This document shows, piece after piece, positions 21,769-33,234 of a stretch of DNA of 64,000 bases. This DNA comes from an uncultured delta proteobacterium (GTDB taxonomy: Bacteria > Desulfobacterota > Binatia > UBA9968). Below the pieces are notes generated by a model. It was not told the origin of the DNA. It ran no database searches and saw only the letters and a program-made list of their open reading frames with translations. Each line of letters begins with the position of its first letter. The first letter of the stretch is position 1. The stretch spans positions 241,673 through 305,672 of the forward strand of contig CAWJZV010000048.1 of the NCBI GenBank assembly GCA_963847445.1. Direction: 5' to 3'. Both the position numbers and the translations under genes were made by a program.

Positions 21769-21918
21769 GCAGGCTGCTGAAAAAAGATCCATATGCGTCG
21801 TTGCGCTCAATCGCCTCGCGTCAACGTACCGCTGATGTACGCCTCGAGCCTGTCCTGAGCGCAGTCGAAGGATCGATTTTTCGCGCGCCTTGCCTCTGGA
21901 TCTTTTTGAGCAGCCTGC
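21769..21918. mobile_element. MITE-like element (~150 bp)
   Basis: Terminal IRs GCAGGCTGCTGAAAAAAGATCCA / TGGATCTTTTTGAGCAGCCTGC; no transposase; internal CCTGAGCGCAGTCGAAGG repeat. Confidence 0.7.
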
Positions 21919-22123
21919 AAGAGAAGAATTTAAATCGCCGAACAAGCCGCCATCGTTACCGGCGCCGGCAGCGGTCTAAACTCGAATAACGGCCGCACGA
22001 AATCTTCAAGCCGTTCAACCGCATCGCTCCGTTCAATCCGTTTGAATACCAAGCCCTACGTGAGGTAAAGAAACGGCAACGTCGTTAGCAAATTTATTCG
22101 GCAATCGGCCAGGGAGATAATCT

Positions 22124-23068
22124 ATGCGAACCTTAGACTTACTCGCCAGCGACTCGTCCCACCTACCCTTTCTTTACGTGTTCAAAGAATCCAAGGTCAT
22201 GGAGAAGTACGGCTTCGAGATCGATCTGCATATCGTCGGCGGCGCCAAAGCGCCGACCATGGCGCACCGCGCCAAGCTCGCGCTGGCCGGCGAGATCGAT
22301 TTCCTGAGCGGGCTGCATCATGAGACTTACCGCGAGCGCGCCAAGGGCGAAAAGCGCTTGACCTATCTGGCCCAGGCGCAGAACAACTGGGACGACCGTT
22401 TGGTGGTGCGCCCGGAAATCAAAACGGTCGACGACCTCAAGGGCAAAAAAATTGTCTGCCATTCCAAAGCACCCTGCGTGTCCGGTAATTTGCGCGCGGT
22501 CTTGGAAGAATGCGGCCTTAAGCCGGAAGAAATCAACATGGACGTGATCGACGACACTTCCGGCAAGTTTTTAGAATTCGTCGATGAGATTACCTCCGGC
22601 AAAGCCGTCGGCGCCCTGGTCGATATGCCTTTTGACCTCTATGGGATCAAAAAAGGATTGCACATTCTCGCGCTGCCCGACCGCCCGGTGATTCATAACA
22701 CCACGCTGCTCGCGACCAGCGATTACATCAAGGAAAACCCGGAAACCGTCGACGCCTTTATCAAAGGTTTCATCGAAGCGCTGCACTATTTCAAAACCAA
22801 GCCGGCGGAAGTGGTGGCGATCCTGAAGAACAATTTAGCGGCGCGTTACGGCCTGCAAGACGACGAATACTACGTCCACTTGCAGCGCGAGTGGGCCAAG
22901 CTGCTATCCAAGAAACCCTACCCGCTGCCGGCGGCGATCCAAAATGTCTACGACCTCGACGTCGGCAAGGATCCCAAGATGCAACACATCGGACCGATGG
23001 AGCCCTGGGATTTGCACTATCTGCGGCAGATCGACGACACCGGGTTTATCGACAGGCTGTACGCCTAG
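22124..23068 (+). CDS. NitT/TauT-fold binding protein without a signal peptide
   Basis: VDDLKGKKI, FIKGFIEALHYFK, KKPYP, IDDTGFIDRLY; N-terminus not hydrophobic; RBS GGGAG. Confidence 0.75.
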   Translation: MRTLDLLASDSSHLPFLYVFKESKVMEKYGFEIDLHIVGGAKAPTMAHRAKLALAGEIDFLSGLHHETYRERAKGEKRLTYLAQAQNNWDDRLVVRPEIKTVDDLKGKKIVCHSKAPCVSGNLRAVLEECGLKPEEINMDVIDDTSGKFLEFVDEITSGKAVGALVDMPFDLYGIKKGLHILALPDRPVIHNTTLLATSDYIKENPETVDAFIKGFIEALHYFKTKPAEVVAILKNNLAARYGLQDDEYYVHLQREWAKLLSKKPYPLPAAIQNVYDLDVGKDPKMQHIGPMEPWDLHYLRQIDDTGFIDRLYA

Positions 23069-23277
23069 CCAAAATGGCAAATCTCCGCAATCCCGTTGAC
23101 TCAGCTCGGGGTAAACCTAGATGCGTCGGATATTTTGCTGATAGTTAATCTAGCCGGCATGCGCTGACCAAGCCGGTCGCGCCAAGGTTTAATTCACTGC
23201 GACGCGGTCAATTGAACATCTCTCGGCTCTATGCCGAAAAATTTTGCCAGTGTCGACTCGGAGTCGAATTTCTATTC

Positions 23278-23454
23278 GTCGTCATTCTCGCGAAAGCGGG
23301 TGGCCAGGTGACGGACAGCGTCCGTCATACCGTAGAAAAACGGTATCCAGATTCTCGGAAATGGGGATGGACCCCGGTGTTCACCGGGGTGACGATGGCG
23401 CGGGCATGGCGGAACTTCTCTTCGCCTGAAGCATGCCCTGAGCAAGATCGAAGG
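23278..23454. repeat. Composite REP-like palindromes
   Basis: GTCATTCTCGCGAAAGCGGG, GTCATACCG..CGGTATCCAG, GGACCCCGG..CCGGGGTGAC, CCTGAGCAAGATCGAAGG. Confidence 0.6.
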
Positions 23455-23517
23455 AGCGACGGAATTCAACCATCTCCGATGAGAGACATGGATCTATTCA
23501 ACGCGACCGTAGCCCGC

Positions 23518-24551
23518 TTACCGCCGGCCATCGCTGAACGCCAGCGGGCCGCCGATCTCCCACAAATAAATCATATGGTTGTTGCCGGCGACGTCGCGAT
23601 AATTTTCCGCTACCTTGGGCTGCCACTCGGCCATATCGAAAGTGTAAGAAACCACCCGCGCGCCGGTCTTCAACTGGCTCATGAGGCGCGGCCGGACGGT
23701 CAGATTACCGTCGTAGGAGAGATAGAGCGTCACCACCGATGGCAACGATAAATCCGCCGTCAAGAAATCCTGCTGGCGGATTTCCACCAGATGCTCGACG
23801 CCTTGTTTGCGCACATTCTCGCGCGCCAGTTTGACCAGACCGGGATCGATCTCGAAGCCCACTGCCTTGACGGCGAATTTCTTGGCCGCGGCGATCACCA
23901 CGCGGCCGTCGCCGGCGCCAAGATCGTAGAGCACATCTCCTGGTTTCACCGCCGCAAGTCGTAGCATGCGATCGACAACTTCCTGCGGCGTCGGATCGAA
24001 GGGAGCCAATTGCCCGCTGCTTCTGGTACGCGATTCGTCCGGCGCGTCGGTAACACGGCGCTCCTCGCGCACCACTCCGGGTGCCATTTCGGTAATCACC
24101 ATGTTCGACGAATAGTAAGGTGTGTCGAAAATCACGATGCCTGGATAGGGATAGATAGATCGGCCAATGCGGTCGGTGCGGACGATGCGGATGGCGTGGT
24201 GAGCCGTCCGGTCTCGATGACCACCGTTGGCGCATGGCGCAGCGTATTGGGCTGGACCACCGGAACTCCTCCGCCATGGAAGACCGGCGGCACGAACAGT
24301 TGCGGCGTCACGGTTGGAGTACTGCGGATCTGTGCGTTGGGCGCCAGTGCCCCGCCAGGTGTCGTCGTGGTCGTGATCGTCGATGTGCTGGCCCCGCCTT
24401 GCCGTGTTTGACTCGTGATCGTGCCGGGTTGCGCCGCCCGGCCAGCCGAGTTTCCAGCGCCGGTTGCGGCACCACGCAAGCCCTGGGCTGTGGCACGCGG
24501 CGGTAAGGTCAAAAATACCGTGAGAACAGTGAGCAGCGCTAGAGATTTCAT
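23518..24551 (-). CDS. Signal-peptide-bearing class I SAM methyltransferase with a low-complexity N-terminus (frameshift ~24150)
   Basis: GGAGG then MKSLALLTVLTVFLTLPPRATA; later APFDPTPQEVVDRML..YDLGAGDGR..GFEIDP..VVSYTFDM. Confidence 0.78.
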
Positions 24552-24616
24552 AACGCCTCCGAAATAGAGGGACATCATAGGAAGACCGCCCCTGCCAAGT
24601 CAACACGCTAACTTTG

Positions 24617-25887
24617 TCAGACGACACGCCGAGGCCGCGCACCACCGGCGCTCGCCAGGCGATGAGCAAGGCTAGAACGATAACGATGGCGCCCATCAAA
24701 CTCACCGTCATCGGCGCGCCGACATAGTGGGCGCATACCCCGGCAAACAGCGAACCCACCGGCATGAGACCGCGGTCGAGCGCATAAATGCTCATCACCC
24801 GGCCGCGCAGATGGTCGGGCACGATCAATTGGATCATCGTGTGGGTGGTCGCCATGTAAAAGATTTGAAACACGCCTTGGCAGACGAGCGTCAAGAGCGA
24901 CAACGTAAATGAAGTGGTCCAGGAAAACAGGATCATCAGAAACCCGAGCACGACCAGACTGACGAGCATAAAAACGCCCTGGCGTTTGATCCGGCTCGAC
25001 AGCGTGGCCAGGGCGAGACCGGCCAGCAGCGCGCCCAAACCAGGGGCGGCTAAGAGCATGCCCAGCCCTTCCGGCCCCACGTGCAGGACATCTTTCTGGA
25101 ACACCGGCATGAGGATTTGAAACGGCATGGCGAAGACCCGCGGCACCAACGCCGCGGTCATCAGGGCGAAGACGATGGGATTGGACCAAACGTAGATCAG
25201 ACCCTCCTTGAGATTCGCCAAAGGAGAAGTGCGCCGCGCCTCGCCAGGTGTCGCCGGAACGACCATCCAATAGACGATTAAAACTACCACCGCGTAGGCG
25301 GCAGCTTGAACGAAGAAGTTCCCCGCCGCGCCGAAGGCGACAATCAGTAAGCCGCCCGCCGAAGGGCCGATGACTTTGGTCATGTTGAACGCCGCTGAGT
25401 TCAGCGCCACGGCATTCATGAGGTCCTGCTTTGGCACCAGCACCGGCACCAAACTTTGGCGGATCGGATCGACGAACGCCCAAGCGATGCCGGTCAAGAC
25501 CGTGAAGGTAAACAAATGCCAGACCGCCAGTATCCCCGAAGCCACCAAGACACCCATGAGGAAAGTCAGCGCAGCTAAAAAGCATTCGCAAGCAAGAATG
25601 AGCCGGCGCCGGTCCATGCGGTCGGCGAAGACGCCGGCAATGGGACTGGCGACGAGAAACGGCAGCGCACGTAGTCCATTGAGGACACCGAGCAACACCG
25701 ACGAACCGGTCAGATCGTAAACCAGCCAGCCCAGGGTCACTTGTTGGACCCATTGGCCGGCGCTCATGAACACCGTGCCAAACCATAGGTAGCGATAATT
25801 ACGATGGGTCAGCGAGGTGAAAGTCTTGGCGAGAAAACCCTGTGCCAGCGCCGGCGCGGCAGATTCGATACTTGCGGGCTCTTTCAA
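24617..25887 (-). CDS. MFS transporter (H+ antiporter/MFS_3-like)
   Basis: About 12 TMs; GVFADRMDRRR, NAVALNS, LRGRVMS; end approximate because the stop appears lost to an indel. Confidence 0.85.
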
Positions 25888-26024
25888 GGCAATTGTTCCT
25901 GGTCGCGCTGGGAATCCCCGAGCGCCGCTAGATCCAGCGAAATATTTGTGCACGGAGAAAGCGCGAAATAACTAGCGCGAAGAGCCGTAGTATGGAGCTT
26001 ACGCTCTAAGATCGCCGCAGTTGT

Positions 26025-26818
26025 CTAATTGGCTCTGGCGACGAATTTAGCATCTTCGGTGCGAACAAAGCCAGGAGGATTGCCATGTTTTGAGCGCACT
26101 TCCAACCACTGGCCGAGGCCGCGCACCACTGTGATTTCCGTGCCGCCGCCGATCCGGTTCAGCACGCGCGAGCTGCTCAGCGGTTCCTCATGGACGTCGG
26201 TGGCACGCACTGTTTCGTACAACCCCGGCTCGATGATCCGGCGCGCCGCCGGCGTTGGCGGTGGTGGCGGCAAAGCGGAACTCTGCGCGCGCGACCGCAC
26301 CGGTGGTAGCGCGGGCGCGGGGCGATTTGCCAACCTGTTTACTTCCCGCTCGGCGTCCTTGCGCTTTTGCTGCGCCGCCGCCAGACTCTTTTCCCGGACG
26401 TTAAGCTTGGTTTTAAGTTCTTCCAGTTGCGCCGCGCTGACTTTCAATTCTTCACCGGTCTGCGCCAACTGCGCTTCGAGAGCCTTGAGCTTTTGCTCGC
26501 TCGCTTGCAGCGCTTTTTCCTTAGCTTCCAGTAACGGCGCGAGGTCTGAACGCTCACTGTGTCCGCCGACGAGAAACACACCCAGACCGAAGACCAAGAC
26601 GCCCAAGACCAGAATAAGCTTCGAGCCCAACGGAATGGCTGATTGTGCTCGGTGTTAACGCTGGCCGCCGGTGACTCTTTGTCTTGACTCGGCCACTGTG
26701 GCATTGGCGCGGCGCTAAGACTCGCCCGGCAGTACGGGCAGCTCAAAGTGTCCAGCGCGATACTATTGGCGCAATTGGGACAGAGGCGGGTTTGGATTGT
26801 CGATACTGCCATTGGCAT
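26025..26818 (-). CDS. Zinc-ribbon + TM + coiled-coil + SH3b-like protein (frameshift ~26630)
   Basis: CPNC..CPYC; hydrophobic TM; heptad region; Pro-rich linker; EEPLSSSRVL..GTEITVV..WLEV..GFV. Confidence 0.65.
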
Positions 26819-27017
26819 CTACTCCACAGCGAATCTCGACGGAAGCCATCGATTGGTCCCCTCGGATGCCGCTAACTCGACATCATTTTGCGGCGATCTG
26901 GCGGCACCGTCAAGGCTTTTGTCGATTAGAAGTTGGTCAAGACAGAAATGAGACAAAAATGATAACTTGCCCCGGCAAATTTCCTGGGCTATACAACGCT
27001 GGGAGGATTTTCTAACC

Positions 27018-27950
27018 ATGGCAGTGATCATCAGCGAAGCACAAACTCGCAAGCTTATCGACATGTCCCAAGCCGTCAACCTGGTGGACAAAATATTTCG
27101 CGACCGCGCCGCCGGCAAGATGCGCAACGTGCCGCGCCGCCGCCTCAAGGGCAGCTCCAAGCAGCTCAACATGATGGCCGCCTGGAACCAGGATTCCGAC
27201 CTGATCTGCCTGCGCTCCTACGCCGCCGGCGCCAACATCGTCACGCTGTTTCACGGCGGCAAGGGCGGCATTCAAGGGATCGTCAACATGGCCTACTTGA
27301 GCAGCCTGCGCACAGGCGCCGCCACCGGCGTCGCCGCCAAGTATCTTGCCCCCGCGGGTAGCAAAGTTCTCGGCATCATCGGCCCCGGCTGGCAAGCGAC
27401 CTTTCAAGTAGAGGCCGTCATGGAAACCTGCGATATCGAGCAAATCGTCGTCTGGGGCCGCACGCCCAAGCGGCGCAAGGATTTCGTCAAGCAAATGAGC
27501 AAAGTGGTCAAGAAAGTCGACTGGAAGGAAGTCGACAGCATCGACGAGTGCGAAGGGCTCTCGGACATCCTGGTGGTATCGACTGATTCGACGACACCGG
27601 TGGCGACGGGAAATAACCTGAAGCCTGAAGTGCTGGTCGCCTCCATCGGCGCCAATGCCACGGTCAAGCACGAAGTTTCCAATAGCCTGATCCGGCGCAT
27701 GGACCTGATCGTCACCGACGACATCGGCGCCGCCAAAGCCGATAGCGGCGACCTGGTCGAAGCCTGCCAAACCCGCATCGCCCGCTGGGAAGACATCTTG
27801 CCGCTGGAAAAGTTCGTCGCCGGCGGCGCGCCGCAGCCGCGCCCCAAGCGCATCTTCTTTCAATCCAACGGCATCGCCGATGAAGACCTAGCCGTTGGGA
27901 AGTTCGTCCTCGACCAGGCCAAGCGCAAGAAAATCAAGGTGAGAACGTGA
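27018..27950 (+). CDS. Ornithine cyclodeaminase/mu-crystallin family protein
   Basis: LRTGAATGVAAKYLA, GIIGPGWQA, SIGAN, FQSNGIADED; GGAGG RBS. Confidence 0.85.
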   Translation: MAVIISEAQTRKLIDMSQAVNLVDKIFRDRAAGKMRNVPRRRLKGSSKQLNMMAAWNQDSDLICLRSYAAGANIVTLFHGGKGGIQGIVNMAYLSSLRTGAATGVAAKYLAPAGSKVLGIIGPGWQATFQVEAVMETCDIEQIVVWGRTPKRRKDFVKQMSKVVKKVDWKEVDSIDECEGLSDILVVSTDSTTPVATGNNLKPEVLVASIGANATVKHEVSNSLIRRMDLIVTDDIGAAKADSGDLVEACQTRIARWEDILPLEKFVAGGAPQPRPKRIFFQSNGIADEDLAVGKFVLDQAKRKKIKVRT

Positions 27951-28151
27951 GCGAGATCTAGGCCGTAGTACAACCGGACATCAGCATGAAGGCGCGAGGT
28001 CGAAATGACAGCTTTTACGACAACTCGCGCCTGTCATTTCGAGGCAAAGTCGAGAACTTCGTGCCTTCCGCTAAGTGTCGAGTCAGGTCACAACCCGGCA
28101 AAAGCGTCAGTGACCTCAACGGACTGGCATTGAAACGACAGATTCGATCAA

Positions 28152-29230
28152 ATGGCGCAACCTTTACCGGCGAGCTCGGCCTGCAATTCGTCACCCATTT
28201 GGCCAATCACTACAGCCTGCGCGACCTCGTGCGGTTGGCGCAGCTCGGCGCCGATAGCGGTTTCTGCCAGATTTGGGTCAACGACAACATTCGCTACCGC
28301 AATCAGATGGTGGTGCTGACCGCCATCGCAGCGCAGGTGCCGATTCGCCTTGGCACAGCGATCATGGTGCCTTATTTCCATAATCCCTTGGACATGGCGG
28401 ACTCCTTCGCCGCGCTCTCGGAATTGTGCGAAGGCCGCGAGATCAGCATCGGCATCGCCCGCGGCGATCTCGGCCAATCGCCGCAGCATGTCCAAGCGCA
28501 CAAGCCCATCGCCATGGTCAGCGAGACCACCCGGCTGCTGCGCCGTGCGCTCGCCGGCGAAGAGTTCCCCTACTCCGACTTTCCTTTTTTGACGGAATTC
28601 TACCGCCTCAATCCCAAGGGCAAATTCCAGCTCGCCTTCAAGCCAGAAACCGAGTTCAAATTCTATGGCGGCGGCAACGGGGCGCAAGCGCTGCGCCTGT
28701 GCGGCCGCATCATGGATGGTATAATCAGCTCGGGAACCTACATCCCGATGCTCAAAGCCGGCCGTCTCGAAGCCATGCTCGCCACCGCCGATAGCGCGGC
28801 ACTAGCCGTAGAGCCTGGGAAACGCTTGCGCAAGGTGTGCGAATTGAATGTTTCGATTGCAGCGAATCGAGAGCACGCATTGGATTTTCCCCGGCGCCAA
28901 GTGGCGCACTCGATCCTGCAATGGGAAGCGTTGGGCTTCACGCCGGAAGAATACGCCAAGATGGGCGTGGCAAGAGAGCAGGTTTTGAAGCTAAAAGAAG
29001 CCTTCGAGTCCGGCGCCACCGTCGAGCAAGCCGCCGCCCTGGTCACAGATCATATGGTGCGCTGCTACTACGCCGCGGGAAAACCGGAGGAAGTCAGAGA
29101 TCAGATCATCGAACTGGTCGGCGCCGCCGGCCGCTTGGGCTACGACCATGTCGCCTTCGCCAAGCTTGGACCGGATTACGACGAAGCGATCAAGTTACTG
29201 GCGGAACAGGTCGTGCCGGCACTGCGCTGA
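28152..29230 (+). CDS. LLM-class (luciferase-like) flavin/F420-dependent oxidoreductase
   Basis: GFCQIWVND, IRLGTAIMVPY..NP, ISIGIARGD, GRIMDG, AGKPEEV; start uncertain (ORF open from 27986). Confidence 0.8.
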
Positions 29231-29297
29231 CCGCCGGCAAGATTCACAGGGGCGCTATGTGCTGCCCCGATGACTGTCAAAATTTGACTTCAGCTCC

Positions 29298-30014
29298 CTA
29301 CGGCTTGACAAACTTCAGCACGAAGCGGTCGCTGCGGTCGCGGATCTTGACGACACTGAAATCGCGGGTGTCGTCGGCGCGGCTGAGCATTTTTCCTTCT
29401 TCGCCCAGTCGAAAGCCGACCCCGGTCGCTTCCTTGATCACCAGCAGCTTGTCCATGCGGTGCAGCGTTTTCGCCTCGCTGTCGCCGGCGCCCTCTTTCG
29501 CCGAGTGATCGACGACGCCGTAACTGCCGCCGCTCTTCAGCGCGGCGAAGATTCGGGCGGTCATCGCGCGCCGAACATCGGCGGCGATCTCGTGATAGTC
29601 AAGATGGAGCAAAACGAAATCGAGAGAACCATCCTGGGGCAGCGCGAGCTTGTCGAACGGTCCGTCGAGCACGCGCACGTTACTCATGCCAGGTTGTTTC
29701 AACCGATCGTGCAATTCCTGGCGCGGCGCGGGATTGGCCGAATAGACAACCCCTTCGGATCCGACGATCTGGGACAAGATCGCCGTGTAGTAACCACGGG
29801 CGGCGAAGATGTCGGCGACTCTCTGGCCGCGCTTCACGCCGTAGAACGCCATCACCTCGTGCGGCTTGCGCACGGCATCGATATTTCGTTCCGCTTCCGG
29901 ACGATGGGTGTTGGTCAAAATCTCCGAGTAATTGGGCGCCGACATCGCGGCGCAACCTGCCAGCAAAACTCCGATCAATGCGCAAGCCATCGGATCCAAC
30001 CGTCGGTTCGACAT
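29298..30014 (-). CDS. Predicted lipoprotein class I SAM methyltransferase
   Basis: Lipobox LAGC; RKPHEVMAFYGVK..VADIFAARGYYT; VVDHSA; LHRMD; DRFVLKF. Confidence 0.8.
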   Translation of the reverse strand: MSNRRLDPMACALIGVLLAGCAAMSAPNYSEILTNTHRPEAERNIDAVRKPHEVMAFYGVKRGQRVADIFAARGYYTAILSQIVGSEGVVYSANPAPRQELHDRLKQPGMSNVRVLDGPFDKLALPQDGSLDFVLLHLDYHEIAADVRRAMTARIFAALKSGGSYGVVDHSAKEGAGDSEAKTLHRMDKLLVIKEATGVGFRLGEEGKMLSRADDTRDFSVVKIRDRSDRFVLKFVKP

Positions 30015-30038
30015 AAATTGCTCCCGGTCTTGCTCGCC

Positions 30039-30760
30039 CTACGGCCGTTGAAAAGCCAGCACGAACCGGTCACTCTGATTGCGCTGCTTGTTGACGTTGA
30101 AGTCGCGCTTGTCCTCGGGCTTGCGCAGCATGGCGCCTTCTTTCGCCAGCTTGAAACCCGCCGCGGTGACCTCTTTGATGACCAGCAGCTTGTCGATGCG
30201 ATGCAAGGTTTTCACCGCCTCATTGCCGCTACCGTCCTGAGCCGAATGATCGACCACGCCGTAGATGCCGCCGGGTTTGAGCGCGCCAATACCCGCTTGT
30301 TCAATTCCGGGCGCGCCTCGATGGCGACATCATGATAGTTCAAGTGAATCAACACGAAATCCAAAGAGCCGTCCCGCGGCAAGGCGAGCTTATCGAACGC
30401 GCCGTCGGCGACTCGCACGTTGGCGAACTTTGCGTTCTTCCAGCGTTGATTGATTTCATCCCGGGAACTGGGATTCTGCGTGTAGACGACACCGGTTGGT
30501 CCGACGACCTCGGAGAGAATCGCTGTGTAATAACCGCGCCCGGCCCACAGATCGGCGACCTTGTCGCCGCTTTTGACGCCGTAGAACGCCAACACTTCGC
30601 TCGGTTTGCGAGCTGCGTCGAGCTCGCGCTCGTTGGCCGGACGATCGGTATTGGCAACGATTGCCGAGTAGTTTGGTAATGAGGCCGCGCAGGCGGCGAA
30701 ACCCACCATCGACAGGGTCAAAAGCATCCAACCTAAAGGTTTCACTGTCCAACGATTCAT
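30039..30760 (-). CDS. Tandem paralogous lipoprotein methyltransferase (frameshift ~30285)
   Basis: FAAC lipobox; RKPSEVLAFYGVK..VADLWAGRGYYT; VVDHSA..LHRID..DRFVLAF. Confidence 0.8.
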
Positions 30761-30910
30761 GAGCACTCCTCCCGGAAGTTAAATATTGCTTCAACTCTAG
30801 TGATTGGAAAAACAAATGCAAGGAAAGTATGCGGGTTTAAAGCCCGCGCTAATTTCGTAAAGCGTTTTTTGCGTTCTGCGTTTTTGCGGCCATGAGGCCT
30901 GCGATTCTCA

Positions 30911-31687
30911 TCACGGCCGGCCGCGATCCAGCGCATGTTCGACGTCGTGCTTGAGCAGGTTCCAGATCTTATCCATGCAGCTGGCGAAGTCCGGATCGCG
31001 CATGCTCTTCATCGTCCGCGGGCGCGGCACATCGACGGTGACGATGCTCTTGATCAATCCCGGCCGGGCGCTCATCACGGCGATGCGGTCGCACAGCATG
31101 ACCGCTTCGTCGATGTTATGAGTGACCAAAATGACGGTTTTCTTGTCGCGCTCCCAGATGCGCAAGAGCTCCTCGCGCATGAGCAGGCGCGTCTGCGCGT
31201 CCAAGCTGGCGAACGGCTCGTCCATGAGAATCACTTCAGGATCGTTGGCCAGGGCGCGGGCGATGGCGACTTTTTGTTTCATGCCGCCGGAGAGTTCGTG
31301 CGGCTGGGCGCCGGCGAAATCCAAGAGATTGACGACTTCGAGAAAAAACCGGCTGATCCGTTTGTAAACCGACGGTTCTTCCTTGCGAAACTCTGCGCCC
31401 AGAGGGACGTTCTCTTCGACGTTGCGCCAGGGCATCAGCGCCGATTCTTGAAACACCATCGACACCGGCGACTTGCCGCGCTGCGTGCCGATGAACTGCA
31501 CCGAGCCGCTATTGGGCGTTTCCAAGCCGGCGATGATATGCAGCAAGGTCGTCTTGCCGCAGCCGGTGGGTCCGATGATACCGAAGAACTCCTGATCGCG
31601 CACCTCAAGATTGACACCGCCAATCGCCCGCGTCGTGCCCTGAGTGGTGACGAACTCTTTGGTAACCCCGTGAACGACGACTTTCAT
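30911..31687 (-). CDS. NitT/TauT ABC transporter ATP-binding protein
   Basis: GPTGCGKT, LSGGMKQK, LMDEPFASLDAQTR, MSARPG. Confidence 0.93.
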   Translation of the reverse strand: MKVVVHGVTKEFVTTQGTTRAIGGVNLEVRDQEFFGIIGPTGCGKTTLLHIIAGLETPNSGSVQFIGTQRGKSPVSMVFQESALMPWRNVEENVPLGAEFRKEEPSVYKRISRFFLEVVNLLDFAGAQPHELSGGMKQKVAIARALANDPEVILMDEPFASLDAQTRLLMREELLRIWERDKKTVILVTHNIDEAVMLCDRIAVMSARPGLIKSIVTVDVPRPRTMKSMRDPDFASCMDKIWNLLKHDVEHALDRGRP

Positions 31688-31732
31688 TTCAAACACCACC
31701 CAAAGATCGCAAATTCACCATCGAAGGTACAC

Positions 31733-31806
31733 ATCGAAGAGGCACGAAGTTGGGAAATTTCGTTTTTTGCGCAAAACCATTCGTGTCCTTCGTGCCTTCT
31801 TGGTGG
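31733..31806. repeat. CACGAAG/CTTCGTG-family inverted repeat
   Basis: GAAGAGGCACGAAG...TTCGTGTCCTTCGTGCCTTCTTGGTGG. Confidence 0.6.
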
Positions 31807-31814
31807 CAAAGCTC

Positions 31815-33234
31815 CTATCCGAGAAAATCTTCCAACCTTACATTGACCAGACCCTGCGGCTTCACCGGTTCGAAATAATTGCGCAGCTCCTCGGTCAGCG
31901 CCGGGCCTTTGGTGGCGTCGATCAGCATCTTCGAACCGATGCGCGGATGAAATCCCATATGGTTGCCGGGATTGGGCAGCAGTTCGGCGGTGAGATCGCC
32001 GGTGTGACACAGCGTATCGGGAATAATGAAGACATCGGATTTGGGATTCACCCGGGTCGACATCGCGTACATGATCGCTTGGGCGTTGTGCGGGTCAATA
32101 TCCTCGTCCACCGCGATGCCGATCTTTGGGTGTAGATAGGGACTCGACAAGAGCGCCATCAGCGCGCTGCGCACCTCGCCCATCTTGCGCGGCGTCATCT
32201 GCACGACGATGATGTGGCTGCCGCCGGCATAGGGCAAGGCGACGACGTCTTTGACGTCGATGAAACCGCCGACATCCTTGATGCGCGCGTAGAGAACCAA
32301 TTCCATCGGGAAACCGTCCAGCGGCTGCGATTCGGAGATCGGCCGGCCGCCTTGGAGCGCGTAATAAATCGCGTTCTTGCGCATGGTGATGCATTTAACG
32401 TTGATGATCGGGTGCTGCAGCGTGCCATGGGTCATGCCGGCATGCTCGCAAAACGGCCCTTCGTCTTCCATGTAGTTGGGCGGCACCTCGCCTTCGATGA
32501 CGATCTCGGCATCCGCCGGCACCATGACGTCGATGGACTCGCAGCGCACCACGTTGACCGGCTCTTGCAACAAGGCGCCGGTAATATCGATCTCATCGGT
32601 TTCGTAACCGGTCGTCCAGGTCGACGCGATATAATAGGCCGGGTGATGGCCGATCACGGTGGCCACCGGCATCGGTTTGCCCTCTTTCCAATATTTCTGC
32701 ATGCAAATATCGGTGTGGCGCTTGGGGTGAACGAAGATGCCCATCTTCTTCGGACCTTTGATGTGATCGCGCTGCAAGGCGATATTCTGCGTGCCGGTCT
32801 CAGGATCCTTGACGAATTGCATCGCCGAGCCGATGAACGGCACTGCCGCGGTCGCTGTCGGAATGCACATGGATCGGAATCCGCCCCAGATCGGCGTCGT
32901 CGCCTTTCCAGATGATTTCTTTCACCGGCCCGTCTTCGACGATCTTCGGTTTGATCAATCCTTTCGCGATGCGTCCGCCCAACTCCGTCAACGCTTTGTC
33001 CTTGGTCGTGCCCAAACCCAACGCCATCTTTTCCCGGCTGCCGCACATGTAACTGACCGCGGACCAGTTGGGATACCCCTTGAGATTGTGGAACATGGTC
33101 GCCTTGCCCCGCTCGTTCTCGCCGCGATAAGCGAGGCCGGCCAGGTTGGTCAGCGGGTCGACTTCCTTTTTAATATCGAGCAGCAGTTTGTGCTCGCGAA
33201 TTAAACTAATGTAACTGCGCAGGTCCTGGGACAT
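31815..33234 (-). CDS. UbiD-family prFMN-dependent (de)carboxylase (frameshift ~32860)
   Basis: MSQDLRSYI, DLGRIPI, PADAEIVIEG, EGPFCEH, AVDEDIDP, IDAT. Confidence 0.88.

Noticed and set aside
23212-23751. 179-aa plus-strand ORF
   Set aside because: Composed of REP-like repeats and the antisense of the methyltransferase
23518-25953. 811-aa MFS-methyltransferase fusion ORF
   Set aside because: The middle reads as out-of-frame sequence, and the methyltransferase has its own RBS and signal peptide at 24551; most likely an indel artefact
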